From positions 1,302,001 through 1,366,000 of the forward strand of contig MU054391.1 in the NCBI GenBank assembly GCA_013239625.1: DNA of 64,000 nt, in the 5' to 3' direction. Below are positions 35,821 through 47,639 of the stretch, piece after piece. How positions within the stretch are numbered: the first letter of the stretch is position 1; each line of letters begins with the position of its first letter. Source of the stretch: Lama guanicoe. Lineage: Eukaryota. Below the pieces are notes generated by a model. The model made no database searches. It had not been told where the DNA came from and saw nothing but the letters and a program-made list of their open reading frames with translations. Position numbers and translations under genes: made by a program.

Positions 35821-37800
35821 AATTGGTGGGGGTGGGGCTGGGGGGCCTGGCTTGTCCAAGATCAGAAATTCGGGGCACACAGTAAGGGGTGTCTCAGGGG
35901 CCTAGGGCTCTGGCAGGTGAAGAGCGGAGACCAGCCTTTGCGCCCAGGCTGCCCTCCTGTCACAGGAGCCTCTGTCACCTCCGGAGGTGATCACGGCCCA
36001 CTGAGTCCTCAGAAGAATCACCGAAGGTGGAAAAGAGACGTGTTACTTCCAGCATTCTCGGGATGGTGGGTCAGGCCCGGAGGGCTCGCCTGGGGTCACC
36101 CACCCGAAGAGGTAAGAGTCAGGGAATAGATGGGGCGCGTCCGGAATGTGCCTGGGTCCACCCAGGAGTGCGCGGGCCCTTTGGGTGTCCCGGCGTGTGA
36201 CAGACGGACGTCAGAGAGCCCCCTGGGCCCCAGCTCCCCAGGTGCAAAATGAGGGGCCTCTTCCAGGTTGAAGACGATCACAGAGCTGACTCAAAACTCG
36301 CAGGAGGCGACTAGCTACAGATGGGACAGAAGCCCCCAGAAGTCCCTCTGGGCACCTGTCCTCGTCACTGCAGCACAGCCTGAGCCCAGCTTGCCAGCTC
36401 CCTCCTCTGCCAGGAAGCCGGGTGGTCTGGTACCTGTCAGGCCAGCCTGCCAGCCGGCCAGCCAAGGCCCCCGCTCCAGCGCAGCAGTCTGGAAGTGTGA
36501 TGTGTCTACATTGGATTTTTCCTCCTTCCCTCCAGCTGCCACGTGAAGTCTGGCAGAGATGAGGGTGTTGGGGAAACATCTCCTGCTCCACCAAGGAAGG
36601 TTTCTAAGGAGGAGACAGTGTCAAACCAAGGTTTATGCCACCCCCAGGGCCTCGGGGCGGGCGGCTCCCACTTCTGCCTCCACCCACACACGGAACCCCA
36701 CGACCCCGCCAGGCACACGACCACTGACCGCCCTCCAGGGGCCTCCCTGGGCTCAGCCCCAACGCCCTGCGGCAGAACCCAGGGGGGAAGAGGAAGAGGC
36801 CGAGGAGAGGCCTAAAGGGGAGAGACTCAAAGTCGATTCCCCAAGCGATATGAACAAACAGGGAGAAACAACAAACAGAACACAGGGAGCTGGCGGGGGA
36901 GCTAAGCCGTTGCCCTGTGAAGCGTCCTTTATATCCCCAGCTGATGCAGAGGATTCTGCTTATAATTCAAACGCTCGAGCATATCTTCCAGAAAGGTGTT
37001 TACAGAGCCAGGCATTCTGATTGAGAACATGTCCCGTGAGAGCCGGGGCCGCTGGTGGTCAGCCCAGGGGAGGCGCTGGGACTCAGGACGGACGCCTCCC
37101 CGGGCAGGGCAGGGCTGGCAGAAGAGGCTGGAACCACCTCCACCTGCACCCTTTCCCCTCTGCTGCCAGCCCGTCCCCGCCCACCTGCCTCGGACACGTG
37201 CACCTGTTCGGAAATTCTGTCTGCCTCCACCCCTCATGGCCCAGGAGGAGAGTGGGCTGTGAGCCAGTGTTCTTGGTGAGCCCTGTTCTGGAAGCATCTG
37301 GCAAGTCAATCCCCTGACGCCTGGAGGAACACGGGGGCCTCCTGGAGGGTGAGCCCAGAGTCCCCAACCTCCAGGACACACTCACACCCGGCCTTGAATG
37401 TAACAGAGAGGCCCCTGGGGAAGGGCCTGACCGCCAGGATGGGACCAGGCCCTGCCACGCTCTGTGGCTGAAGCCGAGAGCCATGGGGCAAACACAGTCT
37501 GTGGTGAGCTGGTCAGGCCCTTGTCTCTGGGACCCTCGGCCCCCCAGCCCAGCAGCCCGGAGCCTGCTGCGTAGACAGACAGGTTCACACAGGGCTCCCC
37601 AATTCCCACACCCGCCCTACACCAGGGCCACACGCACACACGTGGGCCATGGCACGGTACACACAGCCTCACGGGTGTCCGTGCACGCCACACACACACA
37701 CACACACCAGAAACACTCCACACCAGGGTCCCAGGAGCACACGCACCGCACGCCCGCACATGCACACCGCACAGGACAGGGCGTGTGGCCGGAGGAGGTC

Positions 37801-37826
37801 CCTCTGGGCTCCTCTGGGCTCCTCTG
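37801..37826. repeat. 10-bp tandem repeat (cctctgggct x2.6)
   Basis: Directly visible. Confidence 0.9.
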
Positions 37827-38058
37827 AAGCGTCAACCTTTCGCCCCACCTCCCCCACTGCCAGCGGCTGCCTGTTTCATCTTTCTTCCTTTCTCCTTTGG
37901 TCCCTGCTTGAGCTGGCAGGAAACCGGAGGAGGGAGGGAGAGCAGAAGGGAGACAGATGAAAGGGCCAGTTAGCTGAGACAGAAGCTGGTCACACGTAGA
38001 GACAGAGTGCTAGGTGCTGCCTGGGAGCAGGGCTGGGGTGCAGCGGGGGCGGGGGGAG

Positions 38059-38148
38059 NNNNNNNNNNNNNNNNNNNNNNNNNNNNNNNNNNNNNNNNNN
38101 NNNNNNNNNNNNNNNNNNNNNNNNNNNNNNNNNNNNNNNNNNNNNNNN
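38059..38148. other. 90-N assembly gap flanked by G runs
   Basis: N run between gggggcggggggag and ggagaggaaggcccgggggggggagggggg. Confidence 0.98.
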
Positions 38149-38496
38149 AGGAGAGGAAGGCCCGGGGGGGGGAGGGGGGGGTCCTGGGAGGAGGGCCAGG
38201 AGGGGGCCTAGGGAGTTCGTGTCTGGGAGCCAGGGGACGTCACCCAGGTCACAGCCCAGGGCATCTGCGCTCCCGGGCCTGTGTGTCTCCCTCCCTCAGT
38301 GAGCACCCTAGAGGGCTCTGCAGGACCTGCCAGATCCGGCCAGGCCTGGGCCCTCCCAGGACGCATCGCTGAGCCTGGCTTGTCCACAGGCACGACCTCC
38401 TACGAGGCCCCCAAAACCTACCCCGGGCCTGCAGGGCCCTCAGTGCCACCCTCCCTCACGCCCTCTAGAGGGTCTGTCCCAGACGCTGGCTTGCTT

Positions 38497-38723
38497 GCTT
38501 TTTAGAGTGCTTTATAGAGCAGCTTCAGGTTCACAGCAAAGTTGAGGGGAACGTACGGAGATTCCCCACAAACCCCCGTGCTGCACACGCACAGCCTCGC
38601 GCTCTCCAAGTGGACGAAGCAGCCCAGCACGTGGTCGTCACCCGGCGTCCAGGGCCGGCGAGGCTCGCTCTGGGTGCTGGGCCTGCAGTGGGTTTGGACG
38701 GATGTATCGTGACATGTACCCAC
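38497..38723 (-). mobile_element. L1MC1-like 3' end
   Basis: tagagcagcttcaggttcacagcaaagttgagg...gggtttggacggatgtatcgtgacatgtacccac matches the recalled L1MC 3' terminus. Confidence 0.75.
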
Positions 38724-39361
38724 ATCTTCTTTCTTTCCTCTCTCTTTTTTCTCTTTAGAGTTTTACTTACCTGCTTCCGACTCTAACCAGGCCCCTCTGG
38801 CTGTCAGGAGAACCCCCAGGCCCTTCAGGGTCACGTCCCGGGACCTGAGCAGCCTGCTTTGTCTCCTCCTGCCCTAAAGAAGCTGATCTGAATTTATGTC
38901 CCAAACTGGGATGCTTTGGGAGTGAACAGGACAGGCTGCCATCAGCAGTGGCTCTGGAGCAGCAGACAGAAGGCAGGACCGTCCCTGGCAACCTCGCCGT
39001 GCACACCCGACACCCACACCTACGCTCGGCCCACACACCCCACAGCACCTCTGGCCCTGAACATGTGCTGTGTTCACCTGGGCAGCCTGGTGGCTCACAC
39101 GTGCCCAGAGCACGGTCCTCATCCATCTCTCGTCACTTCGGTCAAGACCTGGCCCTGCCCTCACCGGCCTCGCCCCTCCCACCAGCTGGCTGGAAGCTCT
39201 GCTCAGGGCCGGCTTCACACGCCACAGTGGAGGGGCCCCGGTCCTGCCAAGGGAACCCTCACCAGCCCTGCCGGCTCTCACATTCCCTCCCACCCCTCCC
39301 AGGCCTCCGGAGGACAGAGGATATGATCCTTTGTCAACAAGCATTTATTGATAATCACCGG

Positions 39362-40122
39362 ATAGGGAAGGGACCCTCCTACACTGCTGGTGCGAATGCA
39401 GTTTGGTGCAGCCACTGTGGAGTACAGTATGGAGATTCCTTCAAAAGCTAAAAATAAAGTTACCATATGATCCAGCAAACCCAGTCCTGGGCACATATCT
39501 GGGGGGAATTCTAATTCAAAAAGACACCTGCACCCCAATGTTTACAGCAGCACTGTTTACAACAGCCAAGGCATGGAAACAGCCTAAATGTCCATCGGCA
39601 GAGGACTGGACAAAGATGTGGTACTTACACACACTGGAACGCTCCTCAGCCATAAAAAAGAATGAAATAATGCCATTTGCGGCAACATGGATGGACTTGA
39701 AGATTGTCATTCTAAGAGAAGTAAGTCAGAAAGAGAAAGATAAATACCATATGATGTCACTTACATGTGGAATCCAAAAAAAAAATGGCACAAATGAACT
39801 TATTTACAAAACAGAAATAGACTCCCAGACACGGAAAACAAACTTATGGCTACCAGGGGGAAAGGGGTGGCAAGGGATAGATTGGGAGTGTGGGATCAGC
39901 AGACACTAACTACTGTACGTAAAACAGGTAAACAGCAAGGCCCTACTGTACAGCACAGGGAACTGTGTTCAGTAGCGTGTGATAACCTACAATGAAAAAG
40001 AATATATATGTGTATATATGAGAATCTGGGAAAGAATGCATATATGTAACACTGACTCACCGTGCTGTGCAGCAGAAACTAGCACCACATTGTAAGTAAA
40101 CTAAACCTCGGTAAAGAAAAAT
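39362..40122 (+). mobile_element. 5'-truncated young LINE-1: ORF2 C-terminus, 3' UTR and A tail (cetartiodactyl/camelid type)
   Basis: ORF 39403-39909 translates to [24 protein letters not shown]...CTPMFTAALFTTAKAWKQPKCPS...AIKKNEIMPFAATWMDL...EVSQKEKDKYHM, the conserved L1 ORF2p C-terminus. A G-rich 3' UTR follows. Confidence 0.95.
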
Positions 40123-41364
40123 AAATGTTTGCTGAATTGTTCATCGTGTTTCCTCTCATAGACTTTCCGAGCCCCAGACAATGTCATTACCCAGCAGAAG
40201 AGCATCCTGAGTGGAAGTGGGGTGTGGGGCCGTGCCCATCAGAGCCTGAGGGCACCGGACGCCCTGGCCAGCCCTCCCCCGGTGGGGAAACCTCCTGCAC
40301 GTTGCGGGTGCGCCGGGGCCGGGGCCCTGCTAGGGTCACACCACACGGCGCTCGAGGGGCGTCCTGGGGCCACGTCGGGCTCCTGGCTCCAGCTCCGCGC
40401 GCCCTGCGGCCCCTCGACGTCCCCGCGGGAGTCTGAAGTTCTCCACACTTTCAGCACTGGGAGGAAGGCTTTTCCACGGTCGCAGGAGACTGCAGTGAGC
40501 CTGTCCCGGAGCAGCCCACGCCCCCGTCCCCGGCACGCGCCGCGGTTGCTCCGGCCGCGGCAGCATCCTGACTCCATGCCGACACCGGCAAGGCTACCTG
40601 CCTCGTGCCCAGGAAAGCTCTCTGGGCCCCACCTCCCACCCCCACACGCGATGATGGCACAGGGTCACGCCTCGGTGCTCCTGGCACCACGCACAACCTG
40701 TGGGTGGCCCCACCCCTCTGCTCCACGAGGCCGCCCTCTCTGCACCTGTCAGCACGGTGCCCGCGGGGGGCAGGGGCTCTGCGGCCCCTGGATTAACAGG
40801 GTTATTAATTCAGGGTGTCTGCCGCACACAGCCACACAGAGCCGCACACCAGCCTGGTTTGCAGCGGGGTGTGCAGACCGGCCTCTCGCGCAGATTGGTG
40901 AAGTCAGTGAGGGCGGGACGAGGCTTGGCGCGCCCACCCCCGCGTCTGCCCCCGGGGCTCCTGTCACTCTGCAGCCTTAATGCCTGCTCACAGCCGCTGT
41001 TCCGTGTCCGCAGGGGCCCTGCATCGTAGAGAGTCAAGCTTTTACTGACAATGACTCCCCTTCTCCGAGGGCAAGCTGCCATCATTACCGGGGGGGAAGC
41101 CCCTCTAAAGGGGCGGCTTCCCCCCAGAGTCACACCCCAGGGTAACGGCCCCACCCAGCCCACTGTCTGCGTGGGGAAGTGGTCGGGACAGATGTCTACT
41201 GGGTCACAGAGATGCTCCCGAACCCAGACCCACCTGTGACTGGACCAGGGGGCAGAGGCGCCCACATCTCACTTTAAATTAATAGGGAACAGCCTCCTGC
41301 CTGGTCGGCCTCACCTTTGACGACCCACTCATCTACTGACAGAATGACGTTTCACTACAGACCT

Positions 41365-41376
41365 GGTGACGTCACC
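41365..41376. promoter_or_regulatory. Perfect CRE palindrome (GGTGACGTCACC)
   Basis: TGACGTCA at 41367-41374, with a TGACGT half-site at 41345-41350. Motif only; function untested. Confidence 0.3.
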
Positions 41377-41429
41377 CCTCCGCTCCCCTCTTCCTTGACT
41401 CCCCATGGCTGACAAAGCAGGAATGGCAG

Positions 41430-41560
41430 TGAGCTGTAATGGAAATTATGTACACGTGTGACTGAATCACGGGGCTGTACGCAGAACACTAGCACAGCAT
41501 TGCTAACCAACTGTACTGCAACACAAACAACAGTCAGTCAATCAACAAACACAAAATAGA
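41430..41560 (+). mobile_element. Short LINE-1 3' terminus
   Basis: gtgactgaatcacggggctgtacgcagaacactagcacagcattgctaaccaactgtactgca is homologous to 40050-40110 and is followed by an A-rich tail. Confidence 0.75.
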
Positions 41561-42580
41561 ACAGCCCCTAAACCTGGTATTGGAGGCGGTGAGGCGTGGG
41601 CTATTTCCTGGATCCCAGCCTGTCTCCCCACATCCTTCCACTGCCCTGACAGACTGGACCACAGCCCTCAAGGCCTTCCTTGCACAGAGCTCCCGGGAGC
41701 TCCCCCGGGGACCAAGTAGGAGTCCAGGTGGCTGAGGCAGAAACTGGCCTCCTGAGTGGGTGAAGGGGTTTCAGGGGAGGAGTAGGGGTGAGGGCAAGTG
41801 CGTGGGTGGTGTCCAGGAGGGGACAGTAATGGACCAGAATGAGTACTGGGAGGAGCCAGGAGGATGGGGCAGCTTCCTCGAGGTCCAGACACCACTGGCA
41901 GGAAACCCTGGCTTCCAACAGAGGCCGGTGTCTGGGTCCAGGCACCCCTCCTCAGAGCCTTCTCTGGGCCGCTCCGGGGACCTGCTGGCTACTGACCAGA
42001 GGGAAGGTCCACGGCGCCAGGTGAGAACACAGTGAAGAACTGGAGAGCAACTCGGTCATCGCTGGGGCAGGAGCCACACTGGGTGCGGGACATGGTAACT
42101 GCTGGGAGGTCCTGGGCGCAGCGGTGACCATGTGCTGGGCAGTCCAGAGAGGGAGGGACAGGGCGGGTTCTCAGAGGGCAGAGGACGGAAAGGCACCGGG
42201 GCTGCACCACAGGGCAGAGAAGACGCGGAGGTCTGAAGGAAGAGACGGGTGAAGGCCCCGGCTCTCAGCGTGGCCCTCCTTGGAGGAAGTGAATCAGTTC
42301 TCCGCGGCCACGGCGATGCACAGGATGAACCGCCGTCACCACTGCTGCCCAGAATTCCTGTTCTCTGGTCTGAGCTGCATGCGTGGTTTGCAGCATCGAA
42401 TCCTATACGAATGGGGAGACTTCTCTGGCAGGTGAAAGGAGGTGACGCCAAAGCCGCGTTAGTCAAAGGGGCCTGACGTCCCTCCCCGCGCGCCTCGTGC
42501 CCGCTGCCCCCGCAGAGGCGGGGGCTCTGCTCCAAGTCGCCGTGCCGCGGCTTGTCTTCAGGGAGTGCATCTGAAGGTCC

Positions 42581-43010
42581 TGTGGACTAAGGATGTTGCC
42601 TGCCATGTCAGTAACCAGAGGACACTGTGGACATCGAGCCATCAGCCCTGCAGCCAACGGTGCCCCCAGAGGGGCCTCAGGGTGGGAAGCACGGGACTCG
42701 GGCCCCAGGCAGCTCAGGAGCCGATCAGAGGAGTGGCGGCTGTGAGCCAGACTCCCGCGTCTTCCCCTCCTTAGAGAAGCACTGAGCTCCTTGACTTGAG
42801 CTCTCTGGCTCTAATTAGCAGCCGTCTTTTGCTGTTCTCACTACCTGGTCTTTGCGGCAAAAACGCCTGTGTGTCCTGGCTCCTCCCCTGCCTCTTCAGA
42901 GCTGTCCCTCGGAGCTACCCGAGAGCCTGTCTCCCGGGCCTCAGTCCCCAGAGTCTGCCCAGTAAAACCATTGCTCAGCTTTTAGGCTGTGTGTGTTTTT
43001 CCAGTCAACA
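42581..43010 (+). mobile_element. ERV1-class solo LTR (430 bp, TG...CA)
   Basis: Starts TGTGGACTAA and ends CAGTCAACA. Degenerate polyA signal agtaaa near 42961. No primer-binding site or internal ERV sequence downstream. Homologous to 1-250 and to 44259-44737. Confidence 0.75.
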
Positions 43011-43584
43011 GGCTCTTCTGTCCTGCAAGGGGGCTTCCCCAAACTCGAATCCTGACTGAACATACTTTGCAAAATGGCTATTATGACCTTAAAAGTCAAA
43101 AATAAAAAGCTGTAGCTTTCCAAACGGGGGAGTGTGCGCCAACCACCGTCATCTCTGTGGGCGCACAGTCCCAGAGGCACGGGTGGCCCCACGGGGCACC
43201 CCAGAGCAGCAGGGCCGCCCGCAGCCCCTACCCCTGCTGCCCCTCCCATGAAAGGCCTCGCTCCACGATGGGTATGGCATTGGCTTCTTTGTGTTATTTG
43301 TTTCTTTTCCTACCAAAAGGAATTCAAAAGTTGAGAGCTGATTAGCATTCCAGGCACCAGGACTGCTGCAAGCCAGCCCAGGGGCCGGCAATTGAAGCCT
43401 TGGCTCACCCCCACCCGCTGGAGACCCCCTCCCCGGACCTGGAGGGCCGTCTGCTGCCACCTCGCCCCTCCCGCCTCACGGCAATCAAGCCCGTCCTCCC
43501 TGCGATGATAACAGCCGGGCCACTGGCAGCGCTGGGTTCAGGGGCTCTCCCAGGAATTTCCTTCTGGTCTTTGCCGGCCCTGCA

Positions 43585-43830
43585 GGCAGGGTATTTGCAT
43601 ACATTTGTATAAGTTATGCATCGAATACACTCCTCTTTGACACTGCAACCTAATGAAATCGCTCAGACAGCACATTAAAAACACAGCTGACGCTGGGAAG
43701 TCTGACCCTGCTCGTGTTAAATCGTTTGAATGATCATTTGAATATATTTGCACAAGTGGCAGTTAAAATGGCCCTCACCCAGGTTTTCAGAGTTAATTGG
43801 GCCACCTTTAGGGGGTGGGGGACAAGTCAA
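43585..43830. promoter_or_regulatory. Candidate enhancer: non-repeat AT-rich island with octamer and homeodomain motifs
   Basis: ATTTGCAT at 43593-43600 and ATTTGCAC at 43746-43753, plus CAAGTG, TAATGA, TTAATTGG and two TTTGAAT. Motif evidence only. Confidence 0.35.
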
Positions 43831-44258
43831 CAGTTTGCTGGAAGCTGACGGAGTGCCCGTAACCTGGGGTGCTGGCCACGGGGCGCCCTGGCACGACGCC
43901 AGGCGCTCCAGGCACGAGGAAATGAGCCCAGAGGGTCCCCACCAACCAAATTCATCTCACAGGCCCTTGGGGTGGGAGATAAAGTTGTGCCTTTGTGGAG
44001 ACGTGAGGCACTGTCGAGAAGAGTTAGAACAAGCAGCAAGGGCACCGACCCCGAGCTGCGGGGACTCCCGGTACAGAAGGGTCAGGGAGGGGGGCCAGGG
44101 CACCCTAGCAGCAGGGCCGTGCTCAGAGAGCCTCCGAGGCCCCCGGGAGTTTGACGGGGCCGTTGGTCCCAAGGACGACGCCCCCAGACCACACAGTCCC
44201 CCGGGAGGCCCGGCCTCTGCTCCATCTCCGCGTGGCGCTGGCTTTAACCACTTCGTCT

Positions 44259-44737
44259 TATCACTGAAATAAAATCGCACAGTGAGAGGTGTGGGCTGAG
44301 TTTTATTTGGGGCAAAATGAGGACTAGAGCCCGGGAGACGGCCTCCCAGAGCTCTGAGGGGCTGCTCCGAGAGGCGGGGGGCTCAGTGTTGCACACTTCG
44401 GTGACGCGGGGCGTGCGGTCAGGCACACGTGCAGGCAGAGGCTGCTGCTGGTCGCGGGGAGCAGGTGTCACCGTTAGTGATGTCAGTGCTTTTCTAGAAA
44501 TGAGGAGACGTAAGAACTGGGATCATAAACTCTCCTGAAAATATCTAACTATCTGAAGCCAGTTTTCCCAGAGCACAGAGCGCCTCGTTTCTGATTTCCA
44601 CCCTGAACCCGTCTCAGGGGGGTTGGAGGTCAGCAGCCACAGTGGCAGTGATTTAATCCAAGCAGAGGTGGACGGCAAGTGCCAGCGTGGTCCAGTCCTT
44701 GCAGAGGCAAGCAGCCAGAGCCAAGGGTTGGCTGACA
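44259..44737 (-). mobile_element. ERV1-class solo LTR with 4-bp TSD
   Basis: Flanked by GTCT at 44255-44258 and 44738-44741. The minus strand starts TGTCAG and has an intact AATAAA. Its 3' third aligns with the LTRs at 1-250 and 42581-43010. Confidence 0.8.
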
Positions 44738-46301
44738 GTCTCATGGCTCGCAGCCCCACAGCCCCAGGGTGGGTGAGGCACAGCTGGTCACATGTGTGCC
44801 CACACTGAGCAGCCAGGGCCCCTCGGCCCCTGACCTCCCCAGCCCTGGGCCCGGATGGTCAGCTCTCTGCCCTGGCTGATACCCCGAGAGCAGATGTCTC
44901 TGCCTTTCTGGAACCATCACTCCGGCGTACTCACTGCAGATCCCCCGCGTATCTGGAAGCAGCACTGTTGCCATCTGGACCTCAGCATCCCAGCCCTCCA
45001 TCTGCACCTCCCAGTCAGGCCTCCTCTGATTTCCCCCAAGTCAGCAAAGATTTATGGACCCGTGTGGCACACAAGCCGCCATTAGAATCTGTGCGGGACG
45101 CAGGCCAGGGGACCAGCGGTGCGGGCTGGCCGGCAGCCTGCGCGGGGCGGGTGGGACTCTTCCTCGCTGGGTTCATGGCCAGGAGCAGCGGATGCTTCCA
45201 GCACCTCCGGCCAGAAGTGCGCGTCTCCTCTGGCAAGCTGTTCTCACAGTCGCTGCTTCCGCCTCCGCCGGGCAAGGCTGGTTTCCAGGAAGAACCCGAA
45301 GCTCTCCCTCCATCCTCGGCTCACCTGTCAGGCCTGATTCCATCTTACTTTTTTTTTTTTAACACCAAGTGACAACATGTTTTGGGATAAAATCACTCAT
45401 TCTCTTTTGGGCACAAATATCCAGATGTGGGGGCGGTGAGGTCAGAGGCTGCCAGGGCCACTTTGTTCCTGAGTTTCACGCGCAGTCCCTGCCCCAGAAA
45501 TGCATGTGTCATGCCGCCCGCCCCGCTCATCCCGGCAGGGCTGGCCAGGAGCGCCCGCGTCACCTGCGGCGGGAAGCCCAGCCTTCCAAGGCCCCCGTCC
45601 AAGAACGCGGGCTGTCAAAGTGAGCCCTCTGCTCTGGGCGCAGCGACGTGCTTCTGTTCATCATGCGGAAATGCAGCCATTCTGCCCATTTTAACTCCTC
45701 CGCAGTTACTACAGGATTACAGGGCTGACAGCACTTCTCGCGCGAGTGCACGGACGGGACGCCGCACCAGAGGAGCCGCGCTGCTGCCCATAACGTGCTG
45801 TGTCAGTAATTCTTACCGCGGGGGTGGAAGGCTTACTTCCTCCACGTGCACTGAGGGGATCCCACATGACTCACTTCTTCCCACGAGGTCCTCCCCGAGC
45901 ACGGGCTGTTTGTGGCTCTCGCTAAATGCAGGTGCTGTCCACATAGTGACACGTCAGAGCCAGGGACTCACCACCTGCTGCTGGGAAGGACCTGGGTGAG
46001 GAGCAAGGCAGCCCCGATCTGGCTGAGAGCCGAGGTGAGGTCTGTGTCTGACCCTGCACCCTCCAGCCGGACCTCGCGGTGGTTGAGCAGAGTTCAGAGT
46101 ATCCCAGTGTCCCAGCCTCACCCTGCTCCGCCCACGGCTGCTCCCCGGCTAACTGTAGGGTACGTGGTTTCGGGAAGGTTCATTAGTGATCACTGATTTT
46201 ACACTGTTTTGGGAAAAAAACAAAGACAGGTATGACTTTGCAAGTCCAGTTCAACACTGTGAGGTGTGTTGTGTGCACACCACCATTTTTCCACATCTTT
46301 A

Positions 46302-46831
46302 TGTCAGAGCAGGCGGGTAAGAGCGGAGAAAGGGGAACCCAGGCCAAACGGCAGAAAACCGTACGTCTTGTGAACAACGCGGGGCAGGCGGGCCCTCTGA
46401 CACTCCAAGGAAAGCAGGAACCTCCAGAGTGAAAAGAAACCAGGCATTCTGGGTTGACAAGTGTCCTGGAGGCTAAGAAAGACAGGTGGGACAAGACAGG
46501 AATCTCCACCGTCCAAATGTAACTGTCACTCGTTACGACATCAGACTTCCGATCAAGACTGAGTAAGGACAAAAACCCCTTCCTCCCCCAGGAAGGTGGA
46601 GCTGGGGTGAAGACCAAGAAAGACGACCCCAAACCCCCTCCACCGATGAGCATTCTGCCCATTCATTTTCACGCCCATGTAACCAGCTTGTGAAAGAAAC
46701 TCGGGGTAGCCGCCCACCTGGGCCGGCCCTCTCTTCCCCGAGAGCGTGCCATCTACCCCTTAACAAGTCCTTGCCTTGCTTTCTTCGCCTCCGCGTCTTG
46801 TTTCTGAGTTCTTTCTGCAACACCGACAACG
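46302..46831 (+). mobile_element. ERV1-class solo LTR of a different family, with 4-bp TSD
   Basis: Starts TGTCAGAG; U5-like end (aacaagtccttgccttgctt...ctgagttctttctgc). TTTA flanks both sides (46298-46301, 46832-46835) if the terminal CA has become CG. Confidence 0.65.
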
Positions 46832-47639
46832 TTTAGATCACACTTGCACTCCCAGGACCGCGTTTGATTATGAAACAGGAGCCTCCAATTAGGGAAGGAA
46901 AGGAAGGCAAACGAAATGCCGGTCTCCTGCCTCCTCAGCCCTGCGCTGCGCTGATGCCTGGACGTCTAGGTGCTGCCTGCACAGGGGGTGCCCCTCAGCC
47001 CCCGCCCGCCTCCGCCACTGCCGGCCCGCCTGGTCCCCCCTCCACTGCCCCTTCCCTTGGGAATTCACCCCCACCAGGCCACCAGACTTCGCTGCTGGAC
47101 ACCACCCAGGCACCCCGGCCGCCGGACATCAGATTAGGTGTCTGGCCACCCGTCCTCACTCTGCTTCTGTCCTCCAGCTCACGGGCTCCTCGCACCCAGC
47201 ACAGCCGCCAACGTGGAACCCCTGGAGCCCCGTTAGGACCCTGCGCAAGGTCGGTGCCACGCTCCTGCCTCCCGCCACCACCCAGGGATGGCGCTTTTCC
47301 TGACCACTCATGGCTAAGCCCTTCCACTTGATCTTGCAGTGTGATCGGATACATCCAGTTTCATGGGGAAACGATGGATTTCTGAGACTAGCAGACCTGG
47401 ACTCCAACCCAGTGTGGGCCAAGCCGACATAGCTGGCCCGTCAGCCATGGGGAGCGGGACTCCCCGTCTAGGTCACAAATCCGTACTCAGCCTACCTCTC
47501 CATCTCCCCCTACATGGCTCTCACCGTTCCAAGTACTTTCCAGGAATTCTGCTATCCCATGCACAGATCCATCACCACAGAACTATGCCCAACACCCTGT
47601 CTTTTATTTCATTTCTGTATTTTTCCAGCTCCTCTCCTG

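Noticed and set aside
251-42580. A single provirus bounded by the two similar LTRs
   Set aside because: 42 kb is far too long, there is no primer-binding site or gag/pol/env, and the interval is full of older MIR and L2 elements.
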